A stretch of 64,000 nucleotides of DNA from an uncultured Gemmatimonadales bacterium (GTDB lineage Bacteria > Gemmatimonadota > Gemmatimonadetes > Gemmatimonadales > GWC2-71-9), in NCBI GenBank assembly GCA_963771275.1, contig CAVYSW010000003.1:736001-800000 (forward strand), read 5' to 3'. Position numbers and translations under genes: made by a program. The notes under the pieces are model-generated. The model was not told where the DNA came from. It saw only the letters and a list, made by a program, of their open reading frames with translations, and did no database searches. Shown here piece after piece: positions 24,201 to 32,781 of this stretch (positions are counted from its first letter, which is position 1; each line of letters starts with the position of its first letter).

Positions 24201-24473
24201 CGCGCGGCCTGAACCCCGGACTTCGCTCGAGACGGACGAGATCTCGTCCACGCCTCGCACTTGCTGCACTGCGGCCTCGAGCGGCGCCGTGACGAACGCT
24301 TCCATCGTCTCGGGCGACGCCCGGCTCCAGTCGGCGGTCAGCGAAAGCTGGGGGAGCTCGGTGTTGGGCAACAGCTCGATGGGGATGCCGCGCCACGCCG
24401 CTACCCCCAGGAGGGCGACGGCGAAGTACGCCATCGAAACGGCGACGGGCCGGCGGATCGCGAGCCGGATCAC
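21252..24473 (-). CDS. RND efflux permease (AcrB/AcrD/AcrF family), subunit 2
   Basis: 1073 aa; IRRPVAV start, LIVDNAIVVLENI, FESLRQP, RVRPILMTS. Confidence 0.93.
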   Translation of the reverse strand: MIRLAIRRPVAVSMAYFAVALLGVAAWRGIPIELLPNTELPQLSLTADWSRASPETMEAFVTAPLEAAVQQVRGVDEISSVSSEVRGSGRAQITVKFARGTDMDFARLELSERLAAIEEDLPEGVIGPTITPYVPEEFRQQQRPFLRYTLTGPYTLEALRAYLDEQVTPEVLQVDGVAGIDAYGGRERVLEIVLDEDKVNALGLLPRVIWQRIMQLEYVTDAGVVEVDGIQRTLAIRQRTDSPDEVRRAPLLTNRGRIVRVSDVATVHDTYEEPQSLYRIDGMPAVAFTIHKEVGVNTVAVADRVKGRMAELSTTHPAGVRVLLDADESDAIKTQLQDLRVRAIISAAVVFVILLAFLRSFRSAAIVFATVAFSILITLNLIYFGGYSLNVLTLMGLAMGFGLIVDNAIVVLENIYRKWQTGQRGAGTATGVVGAAEEGAKEVVLAVLASTLTTVIVFIPFVYLQGELRAYYIPLAIVVGMSLLASLFVAFTFIPALAAKALGASAGRRTGGGTIPAASVPAAGGPPARPIYVRVYSTMIRFTLRWPWVTILLALAGLGGSYYVFNKYVTRGVLWRSWFGQDTYISIQINLPRGEELERTDELARFFEQKLAQTPEVERYVTQVAPQYAFIRVTFPDSLENTQIPVAIKEQMVAYSNLFGGAEVRVYGYGPSFYGGGASPPNYSIKILGYNYETVRDIAEDLGQRLKRFSRIRDVDVNSAGGWYTSDKASEFVLAIDRQRLGLHGLTAEDVVYQVASAVQGTVRRGYVRVAGDELRFDVKLANNENMDIHELPELLLQTPDGQGVRLGDVATVGDREVLSRIERENQQYQRYVSYEFRGPTKLGDRVRDAVVAATQLPEGYTIEGEQEWRWSTEEAKQLYGVLAISLVLVFMVTAALFESLRQPLCVLLTVPMALIGVFLIFYFTDASFTREAVIGVIMMGGIVVNNAILLVDHINLLRRSYGLPLREATIRGTIERVRPILMTSFTTIFGLLPLVFFSDYADSNIWNALGLSLIGGLSSSTLLVLTVTPAIYSLLERGPERERVAAGVVAGAAGAAEAAGAADAAGAAGAPA

Positions 24474-24500
24474 CGACGGCCGCTCCTGCCGCTCCTGCCG

Positions 24501-25757
24501 CTACTGCCGCCGCAATGCATACAGCCTCACATGCTCGACATCGAGCTCGTCGCGCCAGGTCCCGATGACGTAGTCACGGCCGATCTCCCGGACCGACAGG
24601 CCGGGCGGCGTCTCGACGGGGCCGAGCGCCAGCCCGTCCGGTCCGAACACGACCCAGTGGCGCCGCTCGTCACCCGGCCGGGCGACACCGCGCACCCAGA
24701 GGTCCCCCAGCGGGTCCGTCTTGAGGTCGTCGAACGCGGGGAACGTGCTGGGGAACGGAATGTCCTGGTACAGCCGCTCGGTGCTTTGGCGGGAGCCGGC
24801 ATCCGCACGCGCGAGCCGGTCCGCCTTGTGCCGCGCGATGTCGCCGCCGGTGACGGCGACCGGGGTCCACGCCAGGCGGATGATCTCCTCCGGCACGCCA
24901 CTCGCCGCGTACCGGGTGATCTCGTAGCGTGCGCTGTGTCCCGCGTAGAACCGGTGGCCCGCGATCACCACCAAGGTGTTCGTGCCGAACGGCAGGCTGC
25001 TGGCCATGGCGGAGTTGGTCCGACTCACGACGTACCACTCGGGTCCCGGGAACCGGCCAATCGAATCGCGCAGCGCGCCGGTCGAGTCGAACACGAGGAG
25101 CGGCATCGAGTCGCGCACGACCCGGGTCCCTTCGCCGCTTGGTCGAAACACGAAGCCGCGGTTGCACAGCCACGAGCCATCGGCAAAACGGCCAATGAGA
25201 AACGGCATCCCGGCCGGGAACTCCAGGGTGAAGGACCGGACGAACCGCCCCTCGGCGTCGAAGAGGGACACACGGCGGACGCTCCAGTCGTACGCGGCTA
25301 CCGTGTCGCCCGAGAGCGCGAGCACGCTTCCCAGTTGTTCGAACTCGCCCGGCCCGCCGCCCTTTCGACCGGCGGTCGTGAGATGCTCGCCCGTTGCGTC
25401 GAAGAACCGCAGCTCCTGGGAGCCGCCGTTCGCCACCACGATCCGGCCATCCGACAGGCGCACCGCGCCCCCGACCTGCGACAGCTGGTATGCCTCGTCG
25501 CCCTCGAGCACGCCGATGTCCACCCTCGGCTCGGCCTCCACGGTCCAGAGCGGCGGCGCGTTCGGGGCGAGCGCCGGATTCTCTACAATGCGAATCCCCG
25601 CCGAGTCCCGGATGACTGCCGCGGCCCCGCCCGCCTCCCCACCACAGCCGGATGCGAGAGAACAGAGAAGAGACGAGACGAGCAGGGCAGCGCTCACTCG
25701 CCGGTTCACTCGCTCCGTCTCTGCGCCACCTGCCGCTCCTGCGGTTGCGCTCATCAC
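24501..25757 (-). CDS. 6-bladed beta-propeller lipoprotein, paralogue 4, inside the RND operon
   Basis: LASGC lipobox; [33 protein letters not shown]. Confidence 0.82.
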   Translation of the reverse strand: MMSATAGAAGGAETERVNRRVSAALLVSSLLCSLASGCGGEAGGAAAVIRDSAGIRIVENPALAPNAPPLWTVEAEPRVDIGVLEGDEAYQLSQVGGAVRLSDGRIVVANGGSQELRFFDATGEHLTTAGRKGGGPGEFEQLGSVLALSGDTVAAYDWSVRRVSLFDAEGRFVRSFTLEFPAGMPFLIGRFADGSWLCNRGFVFRPSGEGTRVVRDSMPLLVFDSTGALRDSIGRFPGPEWYVVSRTNSAMASSLPFGTNTLVVIAGHRFYAGHSARYEITRYAASGVPEEIIRLAWTPVAVTGGDIARHKADRLARADAGSRQSTERLYQDIPFPSTFPAFDDLKTDPLGDLWVRGVARPGDERRHWVVFGPDGLALGPVETPPGLSVREIGRDYVIGTWRDELDVEHVRLYALRRQ

Positions 25758-28700
25758 GCACCCTCCGTCTTCGGCGCCATCCCCACGAGCCGGCGCAGTT
25801 TCTCCCGTCCCTGCTCGATCACCTCGTACGCCACCGGCACGACGATCAACGTCAGCGCGGTGGAGCTGCTGAGCCCACCGATCACGGCGAGCGCGAGCGG
25901 GGCGCGGAGATCGGCGCCGCGGCCGATGCCGAGCGCCATGGGCAGCAGGCCGAGCACCGTGGTGATCGTCGTCATCAGGATCGGACGCAGGCGCTGGCCC
26001 GCCGCCTCCTCGATCGCCGGCCGCAACGCGAGCCCCTCCGCGCGCCGGCGATTGATGTAGTCCACCATCACGATCGCGTTGTTCACGACGATGCCGACCA
26101 GGATCACGATGCCGATCAGGCTCATGGTGTTGAGCCCCCCCCCGCCGATCAGCAGCGCGGCCGAGGCGCCGACCGTGACCAGGGGCACGGACAGCATGAT
26201 GGTGAACGGGTGCACGAACGACTCGAACTGGGCTGCGAGGATCATGTAGACGAGCAGCAGCGCCATGCCGAACGCGAACGCGAGATCCCGGAAGCTCCGC
26301 GCGCGCTCCTCGCTGGCGCCCCCGATCTCGTAGCGCACGCCGTGCGGCGCCTGCTCGCCAGCCAGCGCCCGGCGGATATCGGTCACCGCCTGGTCCAGCC
26401 CGCCGTGCGCGACGTCCGCGAACACCTCCACGACGCGGCCCTGATCGCGGCGGCGCACCTCGGCGGGCCCCAGCACCTCATGGGTCACCACCAGCTCGCG
26501 CAGTGGCACGCCGTTGATCGACAGCGTCTGGAGCGTCTCCAGCGAGCGCCGCTCGCTCTCGGGCAGGCGGACCAGCACGGGCACCTTCTCGTCGAAATCC
26601 ACGTACTGGGTCGCGACCGCGCCGCGCATGTACTGCTCCACCGTCTGCGCGATGAGCGCCGGCTCGATCCCGTAGGCGGCCGCCTTGTCACGTGCGATCT
26701 CTACCCGGATCTCGGGCTGGCCTTCTTCGGCGCGGAGCCGCACGTTGCGCAGCGTCGACACACCCTGGAGCCGCCGCTCCACCTGGCGGGCGTAGCCCCA
26801 GATCGCGTCGAGATCCTCCCCGCGCACCCGCACGGAGATGTCCGCCTCCTCGCCGCCCAGCAGGCGGCCCAGCGCGGTCGCGGTCCCGGTTTCCACCGTG
26901 ATCGTCCCCGGCGGGAACTCGGCGAGGCTGGATGCAAGCCGGTCGAGCACGGGTGCCGTCTTGGCGCCTGCGGCGAGCGTCACCTCGATGCGCGCCGTGT
27001 TGAGCCCGCTCTCCTCTTCCTCCACTCCGGCCACGGCGCTCTGGCGGCCGACGCGGGTGAACACGGTCGCCACGTCCGGGTCGCCCCGCGCCGCCTGCTC
27101 GAGCCGGGTCGCGGCCGTGGTGGTCTCCTCGATCGGCGTCCCGCGCGCCAGCTCCAGCGCGATGGTGAACTCGCCCTGGTCCACCTTGGGGAGCACGGCC
27201 CGATCGAGCCGGAGCCCCAGCGCGAGCCCTACCAGCAGCAGCACGCCGGCGGCCGCCATCACGCGGCCGGGGACGCGCAGCGCGCCCGCAATCACCCCCG
27301 CGTACCACGCGGTGAACCGCGCGTAGTGGCGGTCGAACCACTGGAAGAGCGGGCTCGTGACGACGCGGTACACGGTGGGCACCCACCCGAACAGCGCGCC
27401 CGTCACCGCCCGCAGCACGCGCACCGGCAGCGTGGCGGGCCGCCGCTGGTCGCCCGCGGCCGACCAGCGCGCCGCCATCGCCGGCAGCGCGGTCACCGCC
27501 ACCAGGAGGCTCGCGAGCAGCGCGAACGTGACGGCGAGCGACAGGTCGCGGAACAGCTCGCCGGCCACGCCCTCGACGTAGATGATCGGTCCGAACACCG
27601 CGATCGTCGTGAGCGTCGACGCGGTGATCGCGTTGAGGACTTCATCCGTCCCACGGGCCGCGGCGTCCGGCTGCGACAGCCCCTTGCCGCGCAGGCGGAA
27701 GATGTTCTCCAGCACGACGATCGAGTTGTCCACCAGCATGCCCACGCCGAGCGCGAGCCCGCCCAGGCTCATGATGTTGAGCGAGACCTTGGCCAGGTCC
27801 ATCAGGGCGAACGTGGCGACCACCGAGACCGGAATCGAGAGCGAGATCGCCACCGGATAGCGGGCGTCGTGCAGGAACAGAAACAGCACGAGGAACGCGA
27901 GCAGCCCTCCGAAGATGAGCGACGAAACGACGTTGCCGATCGCCTCGCTGATGAACCCGGCCTGCGCGGTGGCGACGTCGAGGTGGGTGTCGGGGTACTG
28001 GGCCCGCACCTGGCGCAGCACCTTCTCGACCTCCTGGGTCACCCGCACGGTGTTGGCCCCGGCCTCCTTGAACAGCAGCAGGCCGACCGACTCCTGTCCG
28101 TTGTAGCGCGCCACCGACTCGCGCTCCTTGAAGCCGTCGTCCACGGCGGCGACGTCCTTGAGCAACACCAGCCCGCCGGCGCCGGTGCGTCGCTGTCCGA
28201 GCGGCACGGCGCCGATCTCGTCGACCGACTGGAACTCCCCCAGGGTGCGGAGCGCGTAGCGATAGCGGCCCCGCCGGATCGTGCCCCCCGGCGCGCTCTG
28301 GTTGGCGGCGTCGAGCGCCCGCACCACGTCGTCCACCGTGAAGCCGTAGGTGTCGAGCAGCCGGGGATTCACCTCGACGTGGATCTCGCGCTCCAGGCCG
28401 CCGGCCAGCGCCGCCTCGGCAATGCCGTCGATCTGCTCGAGCCGCCGCTTGAAGACGTTCTCCGCGAGATCCTTGAGCGCGGCCAGGTCCGTCGTGCCGG
28501 ACACTGAGAGCGCCATGATCGGATCGGCGGTGGGATCGGTGCGCAGCACGACGGGGCGGGTCGCGAGCTCGGGCAGCCCGTCGCGGATGTTGTCCAGCTG
28601 CTCGCGCACGTTGAGCGCCGCGAAGTCCATGTCGGTGCCCCACGTAAAGCGAATCGTGACCAGCGACACGCCCTCGCGCGACACGCTCTCGACGCGCTCG

Positions 28701-28930
28701 ACGCCCGGCACCCGGCCCGCCACCTGCTCGATCCGCTCCGTGACGAACCGCTCGACCTCCGCCGGCCCCACGTCCGGATAGCGGGTGTAGACGACGAGCC
28801 GCGGGTAGGCGATGGAGGGAAGCAGGTCGATCGGCAGCCGCACGTAAGACAGCACGCCAAGAAAGCCGACCGCGGCGACCAGCATCGCCACGGCCACCGG
28901 CCGGGCGACGGAGATGCGCGCGACGCTCAC
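25754..28930 (-). CDS. RND efflux permease (AcrB/AcrD/AcrF family), subunit 1
   Basis: 1058 aa; VARPVAV, MLVDNSIVVLENI, QFESFVHP, RLRPILMTT. Confidence 0.93.
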   Translation of the reverse strand: MSVARISVARPVAVAMLVAAVGFLGVLSYVRLPIDLLPSIAYPRLVVYTRYPDVGPAEVERFVTERIEQVAGRVPGVERVESVSREGVSLVTIRFTWGTDMDFAALNVREQLDNIRDGLPELATRPVVLRTDPTADPIMALSVSGTTDLAALKDLAENVFKRRLEQIDGIAEAALAGGLEREIHVEVNPRLLDTYGFTVDDVVRALDAANQSAPGGTIRRGRYRYALRTLGEFQSVDEIGAVPLGQRRTGAGGLVLLKDVAAVDDGFKERESVARYNGQESVGLLLFKEAGANTVRVTQEVEKVLRQVRAQYPDTHLDVATAQAGFISEAIGNVVSSLIFGGLLAFLVLFLFLHDARYPVAISLSIPVSVVATFALMDLAKVSLNIMSLGGLALGVGMLVDNSIVVLENIFRLRGKGLSQPDAAARGTDEVLNAITASTLTTIAVFGPIIYVEGVAGELFRDLSLAVTFALLASLLVAVTALPAMAARWSAAGDQRRPATLPVRVLRAVTGALFGWVPTVYRVVTSPLFQWFDRHYARFTAWYAGVIAGALRVPGRVMAAAGVLLLVGLALGLRLDRAVLPKVDQGEFTIALELARGTPIEETTTAATRLEQAARGDPDVATVFTRVGRQSAVAGVEEEESGLNTARIEVTLAAGAKTAPVLDRLASSLAEFPPGTITVETGTATALGRLLGGEEADISVRVRGEDLDAIWGYARQVERRLQGVSTLRNVRLRAEEGQPEIRVEIARDKAAAYGIEPALIAQTVEQYMRGAVATQYVDFDEKVPVLVRLPESERRSLETLQTLSINGVPLRELVVTHEVLGPAEVRRRDQGRVVEVFADVAHGGLDQAVTDIRRALAGEQAPHGVRYEIGGASEERARSFRDLAFAFGMALLLVYMILAAQFESFVHPFTIMLSVPLVTVGASAALLIGGGGLNTMSLIGIVILVGIVVNNAIVMVDYINRRRAEGLALRPAIEEAAGQRLRPILMTTITTVLGLLPMALGIGRGADLRAPLALAVIGGLSSSTALTLIVVPVAYEVIEQGREKLRRLVGMAPKTEGA

Positions 28931-30297
28931 GGCCGCACGGGCCGGCCGGCCCGCTCCTCCAGCGCCACGACGGCTTCCGCGAACGCGTAGCGCGCGTTGG
29001 TGAGCTGGCGTTCCTCCTGCGAAGCGCGGTCGATCAGGATCTGGAGGTTGGCGAACGAGATCGCGCCGATGGCGTAGCGCTCGCGCGCCAGCCGCAACCG
29101 CTCGGAGCTGTAGCCCGAGGCGCGCTGCGCCAGGCTCAAGGCCTGGTAGGCGTTCTGCACGTCGATCACCGCCGAGCGGATGTCCTGCTCCAGCCCCAGC
29201 TGCCCAGCGCGGAGCGACTCATCCGCGTTCCGCGCGTCGGCGTCGGCCGCGGCCACCTGGGCCGAGGTCTGAAACCCTGTGAACAGGGGGAGGTTCACGC
29301 TCAGGCTGAAGCTGAAGGACCGGTCCCGCGGGTTGAGCTTGAAGAACGCGCTGTAGGCGTCGTCGTTCGTGAAGCGCTGGAACGACGCGCCGAGCTGGAC
29401 CGTCGGCCAGCGCCCGCCGCTGGCAACGGACGCCCGGAGGTGCGCCGCGTCGGCCGACGCCGCGAGGCGCTGAATCTGGGGGTGGTCCGTGAGCGCGAGC
29501 GCGACGAGCGAATCCGGGCGCAGCGCCGCCGGGTCCCACGCGGGCGGCAGCTCCCCCACGACCGCGAACTCGATCGGCTCCGTAAGGCCCAGCTGCTCAC
29601 GCAGCGAGACGACCGCCTTCTGGGCGTCGCCTCGCGTCCGGGCGAGCTGCAGCTCCGCGTTGGCGACGTCCGCCTCGGCGCCGAGCACATCTTCCCGGTT
29701 GGCTGCCGCCACGCGAAACAGGCGCTCGGTATTGTCACGCTGTTCCTGGGACGATGCGAGCAGGCGCTCTTCCAGCACGATCAGCTGGCTGGTACGCAGG
29801 GCTTCGTAGAAGCGGCGCGTCGTCTCTGCATCCACCTGGCTCCGCGTCGCCCAGCGGGTCGCGTCAGCCGCATCCTGGTTGGCGCGGGCGGCCCGCAGCG
29901 TCTTGAAGTTGCGCAGGCCGTCGAACAGAGTGAGCCCAGCCGAGAGGCTCTGGCTGGCGCTGCTACCCTTGTAGCTGATTACCGTGTCCCGGCCGAGGGG
30001 TTGGCCGAAGATGTCCAGCGCGGTCACACGCCGCGAGTCGTTGCCGGAAAATGACATCCGCGCGTCGAGCGACGGCATGAACGCGCCCCAGCCGGCGCGC
30101 ACCTGCGCCCCTTGGGCCCGGTAGGTGTTCACGGCCTGCAGGTACTGCGGGTTCCGCTCCCGCGCGATCGCGATCGCGTCGTCCAGGGTGAGGCGCGCCG
30201 GAACGGCCGTGCGCGCCTGGGCCGCCACTGGCGGCGCGAACCCTGCCGCCCCTGCCGCCCCTGCCACCACTGCCACCACTGCCGCCGCGATCCTCAT
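28927..30297 (-). CDS. TolC-family outer membrane factor
   Basis: Signal peptide; LTLDDAIAIARERNP, LTLFDG, LPLFTG, ERYAIG repeats; ATGA overlap with the MFP stop. Confidence 0.9.
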   Translation of the reverse strand: MRIAAAVVAVVAGAAGAAGFAPPVAAQARTAVPARLTLDDAIAIARERNPQYLQAVNTYRAQGAQVRAGWGAFMPSLDARMSFSGNDSRRVTALDIFGQPLGRDTVISYKGSSASQSLSAGLTLFDGLRNFKTLRAARANQDAADATRWATRSQVDAETTRRFYEALRTSQLIVLEERLLASSQEQRDNTERLFRVAAANREDVLGAEADVANAELQLARTRGDAQKAVVSLREQLGLTEPIEFAVVGELPPAWDPAALRPDSLVALALTDHPQIQRLAASADAAHLRASVASGGRWPTVQLGASFQRFTNDDAYSAFFKLNPRDRSFSFSLSVNLPLFTGFQTSAQVAAADADARNADESLRAGQLGLEQDIRSAVIDVQNAYQALSLAQRASGYSSERLRLARERYAIGAISFANLQILIDRASQEERQLTNARYAFAEAVVALEERAGRPVRP

Positions 30298-31484
30298 CTC
30301 GGCCTCCCGCCGGCGGCCTGGACGTTCTCGACCAGCCGGACCCGGGCATCGTGGATCAGCGTGTAGTGTCCGTCGGTGAGCACGATCTCGCCGGGCTGGA
30401 CCATCTCGGTCTCCGGGTTCGCGACGATCTCGACCAGCGAGTCGTTGGCGAGCCCGGTCGTCACGTAGCGCCACTTGGCGAGTCCGGTGGTCGCCCCCTC
30501 ACCGTCGCCCTGGAACACGAACAACATCGTCCGCCGGTCGCGCTCCAACACCGCGGCGCGCGGCACGAGAATTCGGTTGGGGAACTTCCGGGCTTCGAGC
30601 GCCACCCGCGCGTACATGCCCGGCAGGATGCGGCTCTCCGAGTTGGGAATGGTGACGGTCACGTTCGCGGTGCGGGTGTCCTGCGCCACCACGGGGTTGA
30701 TGGTCTCGATGCGCCCGGCGAACTCCTCGCCGGGGAACGCGGCAAACGAGACGAACGCACGCCGTCCGGCCGCGAGCAATCCGACTTCGCTCTCAAGCAC
30801 CTGCACCACGACCCGAATGGGGTTCAGATCCACCACGGTCGCCAGCTCGTCCCCCACCCGCACCGTCTGGCCCGGCATCACCTTGACCGACGCGGCGCGG
30901 CCCGCAAACGGCGCCGTCACCCGGGTGCGCTGCAGCTGGAGGTCGGCCTCGCGCACGCTGACTTCGGCTTCGGCGAGGCCGCTCTTGGCCCGCGCCACCC
31001 GCGCCCGCTCGACGCGCACCGCCGAGTCGGCGATCTGGTCGTCGAACAAGGTGAGCTCACGGAACGAGGCCTGCGTCCGGGCGAGGTTCGCCTCCGCCCG
31101 CGCGAGCCCCAGCGCGTACTCCGTCGTGTCGATCACGACGAGCAGCTGCCCCGCCACCACCCGGTCGTTGTCGCGCACCGTCACGTCCATCACCCGGCCG
31201 GCGACCTGGGCCAGGATGCGCGAGTCGCGCTGAGCGGCCGCCTGGGCCGCCGCTGACACGGAGATGACCAGCGTGTCCCGCTCGACCTTGGCCCCCTCCA
31301 CCGGGATCGCGACATCCGTCGAGAAGGTCTCGGTCGCCGAGACATCCGGACGGCGGGACGTGCTGTCGGTGGTGGAGCCGTCGCCGGACGCCTTGCCGGC
31401 GAACAGCCAGAAGTAGGCGCCCGTGCCGGCGGCGAGCACGACGAGGCCGCCGGCGGCGGAGAGCAGGAGTCGAGTACGTGTCAT
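30294..31484 (-). CDS. RND periplasmic adaptor (membrane fusion protein)
   Basis: N-terminal TM; lipoyl halves VAGRV...GQLLV and VTAPFAG...GQTV; ILPGMYA. Confidence 0.92.
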   Translation of the reverse strand: MTRTRLLLSAAGGLVVLAAGTGAYFWLFAGKASGDGSTTDSTSRRPDVSATETFSTDVAIPVEGAKVERDTLVISVSAAAQAAAQRDSRILAQVAGRVMDVTVRDNDRVVAGQLLVVIDTTEYALGLARAEANLARTQASFRELTLFDDQIADSAVRVERARVARAKSGLAEAEVSVREADLQLQRTRVTAPFAGRAASVKVMPGQTVRVGDELATVVDLNPIRVVVQVLESEVGLLAAGRRAFVSFAAFPGEEFAGRIETINPVVAQDTRTANVTVTIPNSESRILPGMYARVALEARKFPNRILVPRAAVLERDRRTMLFVFQGDGEGATTGLAKWRYVTTGLANDSLVEIVANPETEMVQPGEIVLTDGHYTLIHDARVRLVENVQAAGGRPR

Positions 31485-31630
31485 GGTCAACGCCGCGTGG
31501 GAGCCCAGGTCGGAGCAACGGGAAAGCAACGAATCGATGTAATGTGCCCGGCCGCCCCGCGAATGTCACGCCTGCGGAGCGGCTGGGCTACAGATGCACG
31601 ATGTGCCCTAACGGGTTGCAGGGCGGCGCG

Positions 31631-32692
31631 TCACCGCGCCGAGCGGCCTGGCTCGAGCCGGAAGACCCTGATCCCGTCCATGGTGAGCCGGTAGAACCGC
31701 CCGCGGTGAATCACGCCGCGGCCCCCAGCCAGTTGGGGGTCGGTCCCGGACGCCCAACGCAGCGACCGACTGTGATAGGTCCTGGCGTCCACCAACAGGC
31801 CGAACACGCCGTCTATCGCGGGAAAGAGCAGGAGCAAGCGGTCGTCGTCCGTCGCGGAGAACGACGTGATCTTCGGGAGCGCGTTTCGTCCGGAGCCGCC
31901 AAAATCGCGCTCGACCAGCGCGGCGCGCTTAGTCAGTCCCTCGAGCACCGCGTCCGGCAGGCGCCGGGCCGTGAGCCGTCGGCCGTCGGGGCTGAACTTC
32001 ACGAGAGCCCCGAGGTGAGGGTCGTAGACGTGCACCAGTCCGCCATCCGTCACGGCTAGGTCGACCTCCCCGCCGGGCAGGCGCGGGGCCGACAGGACAG
32101 CGTCCGGGTACAGGTCCCAAGGGCGCTCGGCGAACGGTCGCGCGATCCCGTCACGATCGATGGCCAGCAGGTAGTTGCGCTGGTCGTAGGCGCTGACGTA
32201 GAGCGTCCCGTCCGGTCCGTACGCGACCTGGGTGAAGCCGTTGGGCAGCAGGACGTTGCGGCGGAACCTGCCTTCCGCCCCGAACACCGAGATCCTCCCG
32301 TTGTTCACCTCCGTGACGGCGTACTCACCTTGCCAGACCGCCAGCCCGTAGATGCCACGAAGCTCTCCGGGGCCGGAGCCCGGCCGGCCGATGAACTGGA
32401 TCGGGTGAAACGCCGAGTCGAAGACCACGAGCCGCGAGTTCGCAACCTCCAGTACGAGCATTCGATCGTCCTGGAACCGCACATCTATCGCGCGCGCGAA
32501 TCCCCCGCCGTCAGGTTCGGGGGAGATCGGCCGCTCAAGCGCGACCTCGTGGGCAATGAGCGGCCTCGGGTCTGAATCGGCCTCAGGAATCGTGACAGCG
32601 GATGTACCACGCGAGCAGGCAACGAGGAGCGCCGCCGCGGAGACGCGGGCCGCGATTCGGAGACTGGATGGCAGCGAATGACGACGTACCAT
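31631..32692 (-). CDS. 6-bladed beta-propeller lipoprotein, paralogue 5, directly downstream of the small secreted protein
   Basis: RBS GAGAGGA; LLVAC lipobox; IGRPGSGPGEL. Confidence 0.78.
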   Translation of the reverse strand: MVRRHSLPSSLRIAARVSAAALLVACSRGTSAVTIPEADSDPRPLIAHEVALERPISPEPDGGGFARAIDVRFQDDRMLVLEVANSRLVVFDSAFHPIQFIGRPGSGPGELRGIYGLAVWQGEYAVTEVNNGRISVFGAEGRFRRNVLLPNGFTQVAYGPDGTLYVSAYDQRNYLLAIDRDGIARPFAERPWDLYPDAVLSAPRLPGGEVDLAVTDGGLVHVYDPHLGALVKFSPDGRRLTARRLPDAVLEGLTKRAALVERDFGGSGRNALPKITSFSATDDDRLLLLFPAIDGVFGLLVDARTYHSRSLRWASGTDPQLAGGRGVIHRGRFYRLTMDGIRVFRLEPGRSAR

Positions 32693-32722
32693 GTGATCCT
32701 CTCGACACGATTGGTTGGCAGC

Positions 32723-32760
32723 GGGAGCGGGCCCGCCGCGCGACTCGGCGGACCCGTCCC
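32723..32760 (-). terminator. Strong GC stem-loop without U-tract (partial terminator or mRNA stabiliser)
   Basis: On the + strand GGGAGCGGGCCCGCCG / loop CGCGACT / CGGCGGACCCGTCCC, about 20 nt after the stop of 32782-33108. Confidence 0.6.
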
Positions 32761-32781
32761 GGTTTCAGCATCTGTGGACCT

